Counted from the whole stretch's first letter, positions 23,207 through 36,104 are shown. The stretch is 62,594 nt of DNA, filler included, from Rhabdomonas costata (GCA_019059605.1; 33 parts of 33 records of this genome joined end to end with filler, not necessarily neighbours in it), one strand, 5' to 3'. The notes: generated by a model from the letters alone, not told the origin. Numbers and translations are program-made.

Positions 23207-26200
23207 AGGTGAGAGTGTTCTCAGACTGTACCTGACACACCCGTGTTTTTTGTTTCTGTGGAATCTCGACCTGACGAGGGGATCAAGGATCTGAGTACGC
23301 CCAACGTAGCACAGCGCTCGTTGTGCCCCCACCCATATCCACCCATTTAACCATACACCGAAACTGCGCGGCAGTTTTCAACAGCTACCGATTTTCACTG
23401 TTGATCTGCTGCCCGAGCTTCAAAAGACAAGGCTGCTCCGGACAATTGCGCAATAAAGGCACTGAGACGTTCTAACCCTTGGACAGTATTTCTCTTCGTC
23501 GCTGTTGGTCCAGGGCTCGCTTCGGCATTGGCAGCCAAACACTCGCACGTGCACACAGACATAGACGTACTTCTCAAGAGTTGCGCAAGAGCCTTCTCAG
23601 TCATCACTGGTTTCCTGTGGTTCTGGTTCTGTCTATGTATTCCTCCCCGACACCCACACCCTCGGTTACAGCGCCTGAACGACATCCTGGATAGGTGGGC
23701 AAACTCCAGGATCGAGCGGCCGCTGCCCAGGTGGTGGCCGAAACGCCGAAAACTCCATTTTCAGGGTCAGCAGAAAGCCAGCATTCACAGCCAATGTTCT
23801 GTGCTGAAGAAGGACTGGACACTGTGATTTACCATTCCCGGGAACCCACTCGTTGGCCATATACCAGTAAAGTGAACATCGTATCTTCGTATTGGCGGGT
23901 GCCAACTTCCTCCCTTCCCCTCAGACTCTCTTTTCTTTCGTGGTTTTATTGCTGCGGGGCAATCCGTGCATCTCAGCGCTGCCCTTCTCTGTACAATGTG
24001 GTAAAGAATGCGTCCAGTGGTTGTCTTTGGGGTGGGCTTCCGGCATGCCTGCGAGCTGGCCCGGTGGTCGGCCTGCACCGCGAAGGCCGTGAACTGGGAC
24101 TCCGGGCTTCATCTTCCGGTGGCCTTCTGTGTAAGTTATGGCCCGGCTTCGCCATCCGTACCATCATCCGCATCAGCGGCAGCACTTCCATCCTTCATGC
24201 ACCCCACATTCTATACTCGGTGCAGACTCAGGGGCCGTGGGGGGGGGGGCAGCTACCATTGGTACCTGTTAGAAGTGGTAGCGGCTTACCTTTGCCCACA
24301 CAATTAACAACAATAAAAACTCCTCCCTACATCCTTGAAATTCTCCTTGCCTCTTTGGGCATGCCCGGGGCTGTCCTCCCAAATCTATCAGACTCGTCCG
24401 CCAAAGCTGAGCAGCACAGCACTCAGTAGCCAGCAGAGTAGTTGGAGTGGTCATTCCTGTTTCCCTTCAGGTGCACAGGTAGTGTAAACAAAAGAATTCC
24501 CAAATACCAGTGGTCACCAGTCACTTTCGGTCACCACTAGAAAGCGCTTCTAAGGAGGAGGGGTGCCTGATTTGGGGACCTGTGCCCCAACCAACAAAAN
24601 NNNNNNNNNNNNNNNNNNNNNNNNNNNNNNNNNNNNNNNNNNNTTAATTAATTAANNNNNNNNNNNNNNNNNNNNNNNNNNNNNNNNNNNNNNNNNNNNG
24701 TGGTTGGGGAACTATCCCGGGATGCCGGACGTGGGCTCTTACGCGTGGACGACGCGCCGCTGGGCAACACAAGCCCGCTTTTTTCGTAACTTGCAACCTG
24801 CAAATGTGGCCAGTATTTTGAGGCTTTCGAGTCATCGGCCATAGTGCAAAGAAACGTCTCGTGCCTGGAAAACTCCATATGGCACCGAGTTGCGAGATGC
24901 AGCGTTCACTCCGGTGGGCGTCTCGTGTTTGTTTCCTGTATCCAGGATTGATAATGGTGAATGGTACACTGAAAGTATGTGGTGTGTAAAATGGCACTTT
25001 GACAAAAGACCCGAAAATTTGTTTCTTCCTGAACGATCTACAATCGTTCTCACAACCAATAAACCTACCGCAAAACCACCATTTTAGAAGATACAGCACA
25101 CACGATCCATCGGAACCGAAAAAAATTTCATACCACTCACCTTTGGAAAGCACACCGTCCATGCCATGTTAAATTCGTGCGCATCATACGTTCCATAAAT
25201 CAAAACATGGTCAATCAGTTCCAGATACCGTAGAAAATATTTTAGCTTGTAGGAGTGCAAGTGGCCGTTGACACCTACTTTAGTGTGTAGGTGTTTCCGA
25301 TACAATGCCAGCACAGATGTTTTTCAGAGGTATAGTGACCCCATTCCTGCCGTGATGATCTACACATTTTTCTACAAATATCAGCCCTTGGTTTACTGGA
25401 GAGCAGTGCAGTTCAAATTTTTTTGCATAGACACCATCTATATAATCCACACAATACAGGAAGCCGATGTTTGCCGCAGGGTCGGAAGGCTTATTTTGAC
25501 TGCTTGTGACACAGCATAAGATGCACCAATACTCCGGCCACACCACCGCGCACATCTCAAACATCTTAGTTCAGTCCGCGGGATCATCTGAATGCAAGTG
25601 TAAAACAGACAACGTGCTGGCAAAAACACCAGTCCCAAAAGTCTCAACCAACATTAAATGCTACTGGCAGGTGACATCAACAGCAGTATATTGCGCATCA
25701 AGTGACAACCCAAAATGTTTCGAATTATCCTTTACAAAATAATCCACAGCGAAATTCATCACATATGATGTCAGCAAATCACCAGTGGATTATATAATAC
25801 CACTGAAGATAAAATGATTGAGTGATGCGGCCTTGCAAGAGCAACCAGCGTGGCTGTCCCTGCAATGGAAAAGCAGTAGTGCCCACTGACCTCTAAATTG
25901 AGGTCCCACTATGCGCCTATGGTTGTTTATCAACGCGTAACGTCTATGGCTGTAACTCTACACAGCACCTTTGTAGCTGGAGTATTCTATAAAGACTACC
26001 GAGTTAATATCAACTGTTTCATATTGAATCACTTAAACAAAGACCTTAACGCTATATATAGGTTACAAAGTTAATGAATTTATACTATATCTATAGAAGA
26101 CAACGTGGCGCAGCACCTCCTTTAAAATATTTCAACAATAGAAGTAATTTAGGAAACTTACAATGACCTGCGAGAAAGAAAACGCTTTTGATTCACCGAT

Positions 26201-26599
26201 GCGTTGGGCTCATACAATTAATTTCCAGTGCAAATGTTATTGACACTGAAGTAGGCAGTTCTTAGGAGAAAACTCGTGCCATATTTGGTAAAAGAATCTC
26301 AAGTTCAGTTTCAAGCATATCATCAAATGAAGAACCATAAGAAGGCTCAGGATCTCAAAGATATAGAATCAATTGCTTTAAGGTAGCTAAATTTAAGTAA
26401 AAAACGCAAAAAAAAAACTGTCCCCACTTCAGGTTCAAGAAGTATGGGCTGAGCTCTGTGCCTACGATGGTGTCGTTGTTGATGGCGACCCCAACAAACN
26501 NNNNNNNNNNNNNNNNNNNNNNNNNNNNNNNNNNNNNNNNNNNTTAATTAATTAANNNNNNNNNNNNNNNNNNNNNNNNNNNNNNNNNNNNNNNNNNNN

Positions 26600-28405
26600 G
26601 GGTTTGACTGTCCGCAAGGACATGTTGTTGTGCTCCTTGAGTTTGCCTGCTGCTGCAGTGGCAGAGTCCGGAAGAGTCCGTGGGGTATTCGTCCGGCCCT
26701 GGCTTGCCGCTGACACCAAGGCGATTGGCCCCCCTGGGTTTACGTTGACTCCCCACCGCATTGTGTGGGCCCAGGTCGCTCGTTTGAGTGACTTGGTGTT
26801 TCAGGCCCTTTAAGATGCCAACGTGGCCTTCTCTGGGCTGGTGTGCGGATTCTGGCAGCGGCTGACCTGACCCCTTTGCGGCTGTGCCTGGAAACGTCGT
26901 TGGCAGGCCGTGTTCGCACTCGTCCGAACGACCAGCGGCGGACTCTTCTAAGGGTCTCTGGCATACCTCCTGCCCTGTTGGGCAAACTTCCTCTTGTTAT
27001 CGCCCGCCTGGACCCTGATCTTCGCGTCGTGGCCTCTCGTGTTCTGCGCACCAGCTTCGCTGCGCTGGTCGCTGACTTCACCGTTGAAGGCAAGCCTCTC
27101 CAAGGAGATACTTGGCGCATCTGTGGCCTGGGTTCACAACCTATCGTGGTGAAACGCCGGATCTGGCAGCAGGCCCCTCGGCCGCAGGCTGTGCATCCGT
27201 CCCCTTCTTCGCCTGTTCCGGCTCCGCGCAAGAGAACCACGTGGTCCTCGGTGGTTCGCGGTGTCCCCCGAGCCAGTCAGCACGTTTTTTCCTCGCCCCC
27301 AACCGCCGAGGCCATGGAAACGTCAGAACCCTCGGCGGTTCCCACTATCGGAGAGGCCGCGGTCCTCTCCGAGGACGCTGAGATTCCTCTCCGTCGTTCT
27401 CTTCAGCGGCGTGGAGTGCCTGCGGGTGCCCCTTCCTCTTCCTCCTCCATTGGAAAACCACCAAAGCAAGATCGCGTAAAGAAGGCATCGCCGCCTACTT
27501 CTCCGCACCGGCTCACAAAACTGCTAATTGCGCCACTCTTTCTGAGGATTCTGGCGACTTCAACGGGACGGTGGCTCCAGATCTTGATCACAGCTCCGGG
27601 CTCGGCCCTGTGTGCCCTCTTCTGACCCAGCTTCTGGGACCAGGTGGACACTTTGTGGAACTGCAGCTTGCCGTCTCTCCCGAGGAGTGGGCTATCACCT
27701 TCACGATTTCCCATCACTCCTCGCTTGTAACCTCTCGTTGCGACATGGCCTTGTGCAATCTGGCGGTTCTGGTGTTATTAAAACGTGTCCGGGTGGCTTC
27801 GCACATCATGGAAGGCGGTCTCTCTCCTCTGGTTGTTGAGTTTCGCCACTCCTCGGTATGGAGCTTGTACTGGATGGCGCCGCGTGCGCGGCTCCATGAC
27901 CTCTTGACTTCTTGCAGCTCCTATCTTTGGGGCTCCGCGGAATGGCAGGCGCTGCTGGATCTTTGGGTCATTTCGGCAGCCTATCGTACTCTCGTGTCCA
28001 CTGGTCCTATTGTGTCTGCACAGCAGATCTCTGGCCACATCCAAGCAGCTCTGGATGCTCTTATTCAGCTCGGCGGCGGATGGACTTCTCGGCGTCCAGC
28101 CAGTAGCCTTGCCTATGAGTCCCAGGAGATTCGCAGCACTCGGGCGTCCCTGAATGCTATCGGCCAGGGCTTGTCTGTCCTTCGCCGCGAGATGGGTGTG
28201 GGTCACCTCTCCATCGGCTCTTTCTCGAGACCCTTTCTCAAATGCCTCTCGCAATTACGTCGCCTCGGCCTTGACCCTCCCTCGACTTCGCGAGCAACTC
28301 TACTGCCGTGGCTAAAGTCCACCCTTATTGCGCTGAAGCGGCGCCTTGCCACCGCGATGCGTGCGATGCGTGAAGAGCGCCAGCAGCGTTGGAAAACCAA
28401 CACCC
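26600..28405 (+). mobile_element. Degenerate non-LTR retrotransposon-like ORF remnant
   Basis: Intron-free coding-like sequence fills the whole contig in three frames joined by an in-frame stop and frameshifts. It has a TWSSVVRG motif, a Ser/Pro linker and the basic helix ALKRRLATAMRAMREERQQRWK typical of pre-RT regions. RT motifs are not reached. Confidence 0.45.
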
Positions 28406-28550
28406 NNNNNNNNNNNNNNNNNNNNNNNNNNNNNNNNNNNNNNNNNNNNTTAATTAATTAANNNNNNNNNNNNNNNNNNNNNNNNNNNNNNNNNNNNNNN
28501 NNNNNGTGTTGGTGTGTTTGGGGGTGTTGGGGTGTGTTTGGTGGGTGTTG

Positions 28551-29448
28551 TACACCGCGCGCAGGTCATTGATGCCCAGCTTGCTGCGGATGTGCTGCAC
28601 GATCAGGTCGATCGCCATGTCGTTGTACCGCATCCCCCTTGTTTTTTTTTGGATGCGCTTCCCTGGCCAATGGAGTGCTTATCCCTATCCAACGGCCATG
28701 TCCAGTTCCAAGTTAAAACGCACCCCCCCCCCCAAAAAAAAAGGGCACACCGGACCACCAGACCGGTGCAGAAACGCGAGCGCCCGACCAGAAAGAAATG
28801 GCTGAGTCAAGAAAAGCGCTCAACATGGGAACAAACTATGTGAATATTACACTAACTCGTCCACGGTTGGTATACTAAATAAAAGCAGAACTGATGCATC
28901 CTGCAGTCCATGCAATTCTTCTCGGTTTGAACTCTTTAAGCGCCCACACCTCGGTCCTAATCTCATTCACCAGTCACGGCCAGCGCGATCCAAGTTAACC
29001 CCCCGCCCCCAATCTATCCTCACAAATAAGTGTACGTGTGTGTGGGCGTGTGTATGTGTGTGTGCGTGTGTGTGGTGTGTCTGCGTGGGCGGGGTGACAT
29101 CCTTTGGCGAAGTTGACCAGGGGAATGTTTTTATGTGCCCCTCACAAATGCAGCAGGCCAGAAATCCAAGAAACGTGATACCTTGTGCTACCCGAAAGAG
29201 TCAATCAATGAGAGCAACAGAAACCCTGTTCCACGCATAGCAGTACTTGCACTGTGAGACGCTGCTCCATTTTCTCGGGCATTTCTTCACACATAGCGGA
29301 TACACAACCACACACAAACAGACCAAGGGATGATGACGTCCGCGTATTTCCGGCTGGGGGAGACGTAGCGGTCGAACGAGGGCTTCACAAAGCTGGTGTA
29401 CTGGTGCAGGATTCCCGCCACGTCACGCCCGCGCTCCGCCGTGTCCCT
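28551..29448 (-). CDS. Uridine kinase (UK/UKL type), exons 29448-29324 and 28637-28551 (truncated)
   Basis: [71 protein letters not shown] contains the uridine kinase RDxxERGR...VKPxF...P..KYADVIIP and AIDLIVQHI motifs. Confidence 0.92.
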
Positions 29449-31259
29449 CTGTGAAAGGGACGTGCACACCACTATTAGGCGCGAAGTTCTGTTGCTAGAG
29501 TTGGCTTCTTTTTCGTATGGGGGGGGGGGTAGTGCTTTCTGGTGCTGTTTAGACAAAAGTATGCATTATACGTGCACACACGCAAGCAACAGAGAAAGAC
29601 TGGGGAACACGAATTAGGTAGATTGCGGATTGCGTACGATGAACATGGGTATAAACGTAAAAGCATCCTTCCATTTGTACCAAAGGTCAGCAAAGAAGAC
29701 ATTGCACCACCTTAGCTGTGGTCCGTCCAATACATCCACTCTGTTCAGATACCGTGGTTTCAATGAGTATCCTCACTCTAACATTTAGATACCTTCACAC
29801 ACAGTTCTAAATAAAATAAAGTTCAAAATAAAATAGGCAAAAGACTCAAAAAATTTTTCAGAGCCGTTTCGCCCACGTATCGTGGAGTACGAATCAAAGC
29901 CTTTCAGCAGCATTAAATGCATTTACCGTCCTCCAAACGTCTGGATAAATTACACAGACTCTGCCTTGGACTGCGCTGGAAAGGCCCCCATATTGGCTCG
30001 ACTGGGATGCAATCAAATGAATGAAGCAGCGTATGAAGTTCAGCACGCAGCACGTTTTTGGGACATGGGAATTTTTTTTACCGCCACTATCCTGTGTCAT
30101 ATGTGAGCATACCGCATACTGGGTTTCGAACTTTAGGGGATTCCGCACCAAGTTATGATGATGCCCTCTGGCATTATCACATTATCAAAGCGATTCTTAT
30201 GGGCCATATGCCATGTCAATAGCGAAGGACATCCGCATGTTGGGAAAACAGTGGTATCCCAGCAACGGTGAGCTGAAAGTGGCGGTTTTGAATCCAAAAC
30301 AACNNNNNNNNNNNNNNNNNNNNNNNNNNNNNNNNNNNNNNNNNNNNTTAATTAATTAANNNNNNNNNNNNNNNNNNNNNNNNNNNNNNNNNNNNNNNNN
30401 NNNGGGGGGGGAGGGGGGTATCAGACATCAGACGAAAAGCAGTTGGATATCGAGACATCCGAAATGGGTGCCCTTTTTCCCCGTGATTTCGTACTTATTT
30501 TTGACGGACAGAGAGTAGAAAACATTAAAGTTCAAATCAGCAGTGAATGAAAAATGGAACAGAGCGAATGTCCCTCGCATACACGCGCGCTGTCTATGGG
30601 TGCTCGCATGATGAGCCTTATAGCACTGTTCGGAGCGGTGTTGATTTTTGACGACAGGTGCGGATTCTGTGACTGGCGGCTTTTGTTGAAGGGTATGTAA
30701 TATCCGGGTTGGAACCCAGTCATGTTCTGTGGTGCAGTTCTGAGCTTACGAGCTTACGGTGAGACGTACTTTGGTGCAATGGAAGTTGGGTGGGGGGGAG
30801 TGGTACCTGTTAACCCTGGTACCCTCGGTGCCAGTGGTACCAATTTTCACTATGGGAGCATATTTCAAAAAAGTTGTTAAGGCCTCCCCAGGTCACGTCC
30901 CCGTCCCAGCCGCCCGCTTTGGCCACGGCGCGGACTTCGCCCCTAAACTAATGCTGTCCTACTCGTCGGCCCATATCGCAGCCATTGGCGAGCCCTTAGC
31001 AAGCAGTAGTTTTCAGCTGCTAAGCAAAAACAGCTATCCAGGGGGCATTGGCAAAGCTAACCTAACCCGTTTAAACAAAAAAACTCATTTCGAAAGTGCT
31101 GACACATTCTACGCGACCGTTAGTGTTTTATTGAGCAGAAAATTTATGAGAGAGAGTTTTCTGACACCACTTCCCCCACCAAACTTCCATTGGGTCCGTA
31201 CTTTACTACATACACGACGAGAAGTTTCTTAGGATGGCGGGGAAGAACGAGCTCCGCGC

Positions 31260-32160
31260 TCCCCTGCCGTCGCGAAAAGCCCCGGAAGGAGGGCGTCAGA
31301 GTTGCTGACGCTTTCAGGAGAGAATTCCAAAGGGCGATAGCCCGCTGTGAAGCGGAGACCATTACAGAGCAAAGAGAAAAGATGGGTGGGAATGAGGGGT
31401 GCGTGCCTGCTTCATGGAGAGTGGGGAGAGAACGACCAGACTGTGTGCCCTCTGAGAAGCCCGCAGAAGGGACGCGAACTGCGCATCGTCCAGAGCTGTG
31501 AGAATGTATGTGTGACCAAAAGCAATCGCACAATGGGTAAAAGCCAAGGCCGCGAAAAACAACTGAATGTCGATGACAGGATCTCAAACTTAGGGGATGA
31601 TGTGCTCTGATTTTTGGGATAAGTCGAATTTTTGGAACGTGGGACAGCTGCTCATTTGAACTTCTGAGTTGTTACGGGTATATTGCCCGAGCACTATAGA
31701 AGTGGGAGGTGGAAAATTGTACCAAAAAGCGACCACTTAGACTAACATGGGAGTTGTACGATAATTTTTCTCTCATTGTAAACCATGTCAGCACAATTGC
31801 TTCTTGTGAATCTGAAGCAACCGCGATAGCTCTCCTTTTGTGGAGATACCGATGTTTTCTAGACATGCGGGTGACCACAGATTTAGTTTTTCGTCTGCTT
31901 CCCACGTTTTACATGCCACAAGTCATATTATAAGAGCAGCATAGTATGTGTGTGGGGGTCATACCAGGGTGGCACTCCATCGCTCCCTCGGGTAGTGGCC
32001 GTGTCGTGGCTGTGGTGAGGTGCAGTGGTACCGCTGCGGCCAGCCCTCGGCACACCCCGCGCAGTGCTGTGGGAGCCCCGGCGAGCTCCAGCACCACCAT
32101 CCACAAGTCCCACGGCAGCACTCGCAGCAGAGTGCGGGGCCGGGCAGGCGGGGATTGCTC
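31260..32160 (-). CDS. F-box-like protein fragment (exons about 32160-31965, 31495-31407, 31344-about 31260)
   Basis: LPWDLWMVVLELAGAPTALRGVCRGL resembles an F-box (LPxExxxxIxxxL...VCR). Exon phases fit if intron 31406-31345 is GC-AG. Confidence 0.45.
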
Positions 32161-32338
32161 AATGTGTGGGGAGAGGTGGGTGCCGCTCTCCCCACCACAN
32201 NNNNNNNNNNNNNNNNNNNNNNNNNNNNNNNNNNNNNNNNNNNTTAATTAATTAANNNNNNNNNNNNNNNNNNNNNNNNNNNNNNNNNNNNNNNNNNNNC
32301 TTTGTCTCACACGAGCACATGGACGCACGCGCGCACAG

Positions 32339-33265
32339 CTACGCGGAGGTTACAAATGATATCCTGCTGTGGGACGCCGGCACCCAGGTCAGCCAGCCCT
32401 ACTTCGCAAACATGCAGCTGGGGCAGCAGTCCAGCCAGCCAGGTGCTTGTTCTGTGTTGTTTTTTGGAGGACTAGGGAAGTTTCCATAACAATTGCATCT
32501 GAGAACCCGGGGGGCCCGAACGACCGTTGTGAAAATACTGGTAATATTTCTTGCTTTTGCGTCGGTGTGTGTGTGTGTGTGTGATCACCCTGCAACATCA
32601 GATAAAACATCCTCCCCGCGAAAGGATGTCAATCCATCCACACAAATCAGTATGTGCGTGATCCAGAAAAAGGTTTCAATCTTTTTGGAGACCTCAATAG
32701 AGACCGCCTTGGTGGGTTACTCACCTTGCCTTTTTTTTAACCCGTTCTGTTACGGCTGATTCGTTTTTAACAAGCTCGCAGTGATTAAGCGAGCTTTCAA
32801 GAAAGGTAAATTAAGCCCCCGATTAATAAACGAACCTTAATTCATTTCATCCTTGGAACGTAATGATGACGGACTTCAATCAGAATAAGGATAAATGCAC
32901 ATCCGAATTTTGCGAAAAGGGCGGGTACGACGCAGGGCGAGCAACTCCCCCCCCCTCGTGAAATCTACTTTCGCCCACCTCTCTCCTTCTCTGCTGCTCC
33001 CCTGTTTGCATTGCTGCCTGTTTACCTTGCTTGTGCTTCTCTGTTCGCGGGGTGGATTTCTCAGAATCCCAGCATCCTTTTGTATTCATGCGTGCTGAGC
33101 TTTTCTCTTTTTCCAGGAGGCCCTGTCCCGGGAACGACAGTTTTCTCTGCTGTACAACGAGTCAGCAGCAGTGAGTTCCTGCCGAGCTCGCCCAACCTGC
33201 CTCCCAATATGCCCTACCCGTTCCCCAACGCTACGATGAGGGTGTGGGTTCGTCCTGGGCTGCAG
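32339..33265 (+). CDS. Spondin_N (bacterial-type spondin) domain, exons 32339-32442 and 33117-33265
   Basis: Spliced (phase 1): YAEVTNDILLWDAGTQVSQP...SAVQRVS...PYPFPNATMRVWVRP. It has the spondin LWDAGT signature and a YPxxxxxxRVxxxP end as in prokaryotic spondin domains. Confidence 0.65.
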
Positions 33266-34579
33266 GTTTGTTTCATCACGCACGCACTCACGCACACACA
33301 TAAACACACACCACGGGAGGAGCGGGACCAGACCGAGGAGATGGGCTGGAAATCCTATGGAATGAAAATACTCCAAATCGGAAAACCAATCTTTGGTGGC
33401 TTGTTTGGCGAAAGGAAGGAAAGAGCGTTTTCCAGAGAAAAGCACAAGTATGGTTCCGAAGATATGGACAAATAAGAAGAGCGAGGAACAGGTTGATTCA
33501 AGTATCCCAGGAAGGGATACAGGGGTGGGAAGAGCATTGAATGGATACAACATACTGCTGTCAGACATAGTTAATTAACGAGCAGTTGACAAGCAATCAA
33601 CAACATACGCAAACCCCCCCTCGGCAGCGGCAGGTGCCTCCGCCGGAAGGGAACTGCTGGTGCTGCGTGGTAGTGACACAAGAAATGTGCTGTTGTTAAA
33701 GAGCGAACTGTTAAATATTGATGCAACTTGTTCTTTGTTCAGTTCCACTGTGGAAGTGTTGACAAGTGTTGACTGGCTTGCACTGGTTTCCTCCCAGGTG
33801 AGCTGTGACGCCATATAACTGGCAGAGACACTGGGTAGTCCTTGAGCTTGATTGTCTGCTTTGGCTGGACTTGCTGCTTTTTGCAAGGGAAAACGCTGTC
33901 CAGTCATACGTAGCACCGTTTTTTTGCAAGGGACAGTGGGAGAAGCATCCTCGGGCTCTGGTTTTTGTTAAGGCTTCGCGACGGATTGGAGACCATGTTT
34001 GCGGGTTCCTTTCATTCTCACTCCACTCTCAAGCACTCACACTCTTGTTTTTGTCCAGGACTATGTGGTCCACCACGCTCACAGGGGTTCACAAAAAAAN
34101 NNNNNNNNNNNNNNNNNNNNNNNNNNNNNNNNNNNNNNNNNNNTTAATTAATTAANNNNNNNNNNNNNNNNNNNNNNNNNNNNNNNNNNNNNNNNNNNNG
34201 TTGTGGTGTTGTGGTGTAATTTGTATCATGACATTCCTGGATGTGTTGGTGTTGGAATCCATCACTAGTGTTGTTGCTGTGGAGCGAGGGCCATCCTAAG
34301 GTGGACGGAGCTACATGGCGATGCCTGATGGTGATGGCTTTAATGCCAATACCACGATGTGGCAATCCAACTCTAAGGCTCCAGAATTTGAGGGCATGAA
34401 AACAAAATATAAGACCAAATGCTGAAGTGTAGTCCCCAGATGGCCGAAGCTTTCCTTTCTTCAATGTGTGAGAGTAACCACCTTGTGGCGGTGAAACGAG
34501 CAGAGAGATGGAGGGACTGAGCGACTAGAAAAAGGACAGACATTGATGAAGAAAGAATACCCTTGATTTAGGTAGTATT

Positions 34580-35510
34580 ATCATCGCTACGCTCAGATTC
34601 CCCTCCCTCCTACAATTCTCATTCACTACGGTCATGGTGCCACTCTTTATCGCTGCGTCCTAGCTACGCTCGTCCATGCTCAGTTTACCAGGTCTCCACT
34701 CCATCAGCTCGTTCCTCCTCGCTGCTCTCGCATCTTGGTAAAGCTCGGTAAAGTAACGGCTAAGATGCTACCAAATGCAGAGAAATACCACAAAATGTGA
34801 TGATGATGATTTTCCTACTACGGATAGCTATGATTGTAATGGATCTAACTATGATGTAACCGAGATGCCGATGCTAGAATACCAATACCTACCGCAGGTG
34901 CATTCTACTCCGTATGCGCAACTACCTGACTGCATGTTTCGTGAAGACCTTTAACCAAATGTGTAAAGAGTACCAAAGTTGAGTGAGATTTACACTCAGA
35001 ACACACACATCCCCTCTGATGACATTGGAGTGGACCAATCATCACACATTGTACCCTTAGGCAATGACGTGATGCTACGCCTTGATGCCATGACATGATG
35101 CCATCGATGTGGCACTACTCCCACCAATACCCATCATGTAAATGCCCACACCCAACCTCAAGACTTATCATGACTTCTCAGTGGTTACACATTGGCCCAG
35201 ATGCGATGCTGGACATACCGCTGTATCTTCATCTCCTCCACTCCCCGTTCCATGCATCGTACTTAACTCACCCAAAGCACTCCACACTTCCCATTCGAAG
35301 TAAGCGGATTAAACGCACCAAGCACAACACATATACCCCAATGTTACATCGGTGCCATGGGTGTGCAGGCAGTGGTTTATTTGTGATGCTACAGGTCCTG
35401 CCACATGCCAGCGTGTCCTTACGGCACACCTGCCTGTCCTACAACTGCTTTGGTTCCAACGACGTTGTGGGGAAGCACGAGGTGTGGAACCATGACCGTA
35501 AGCATGGCTA
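34580..35510 (+). repeat. Dispersed repeat family member (homologous to 17400-17790)
   Basis: Shares the 42-nt block, the 14-nt exact match, GCTACGCTC motifs and HASYL/HDRKH peptides with contig 10. Confidence 0.55.
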
Positions 35511-36104
35511 CATGGGGATTCTAAGACGCTAGCTGAGGTCATACGAGTGTGGTCAACATTGGCCGCGCCACCTACAAGCTCAGACTCGGATTTTTTGAAG
35601 CAGATGCCATACCCTTAGAATTAATCCTAAGTTATCTAACAGGTCCACATTGAATCCGCACGTGTGCTCGTTGAATAGCATGCTAGGAGCGATTCGTTCA
35701 TGTCAGCATTACCTGGGTGCCATTACTAGGCCATTGGTATAATAAAGTAATAAAGTATTTCTTCTTTCCATTCGTATGACCTTTTGTTCAATGCGCGTAA
35801 ACCCGAACTATATCAGGAAATGCCGACGGACGTCCCGAACCCCGGGGGCAGAGACCCAAGCGAACACCGAAATCCAAACCCCGAGGCAAAAACCTACGCA
35901 AGAATTCCGGCGGAGAAACAGACTATCTTGTCTCAATTACCCACTACGCTGTTTTCATTCCCGAAACTGCCGGCTTCATTCTGAGAACCACACCACAANN
36001 NNNNNNNNNNNNNNNNNNNNNNNNNNNNNNNNNNNNNNNNNNTTAATTAATTAANNNNNNNNNNNNNNNNNNNNNNNNNNNNNNNNNNNNNNNNNNNNGT
36101 GGGT

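Noticed and set aside
30155-30277. C/D-box snoRNA candidate (ATGATGA...CTGA)
   Set aside because: No terminal stem or recognisable rRNA guide; expected by chance.
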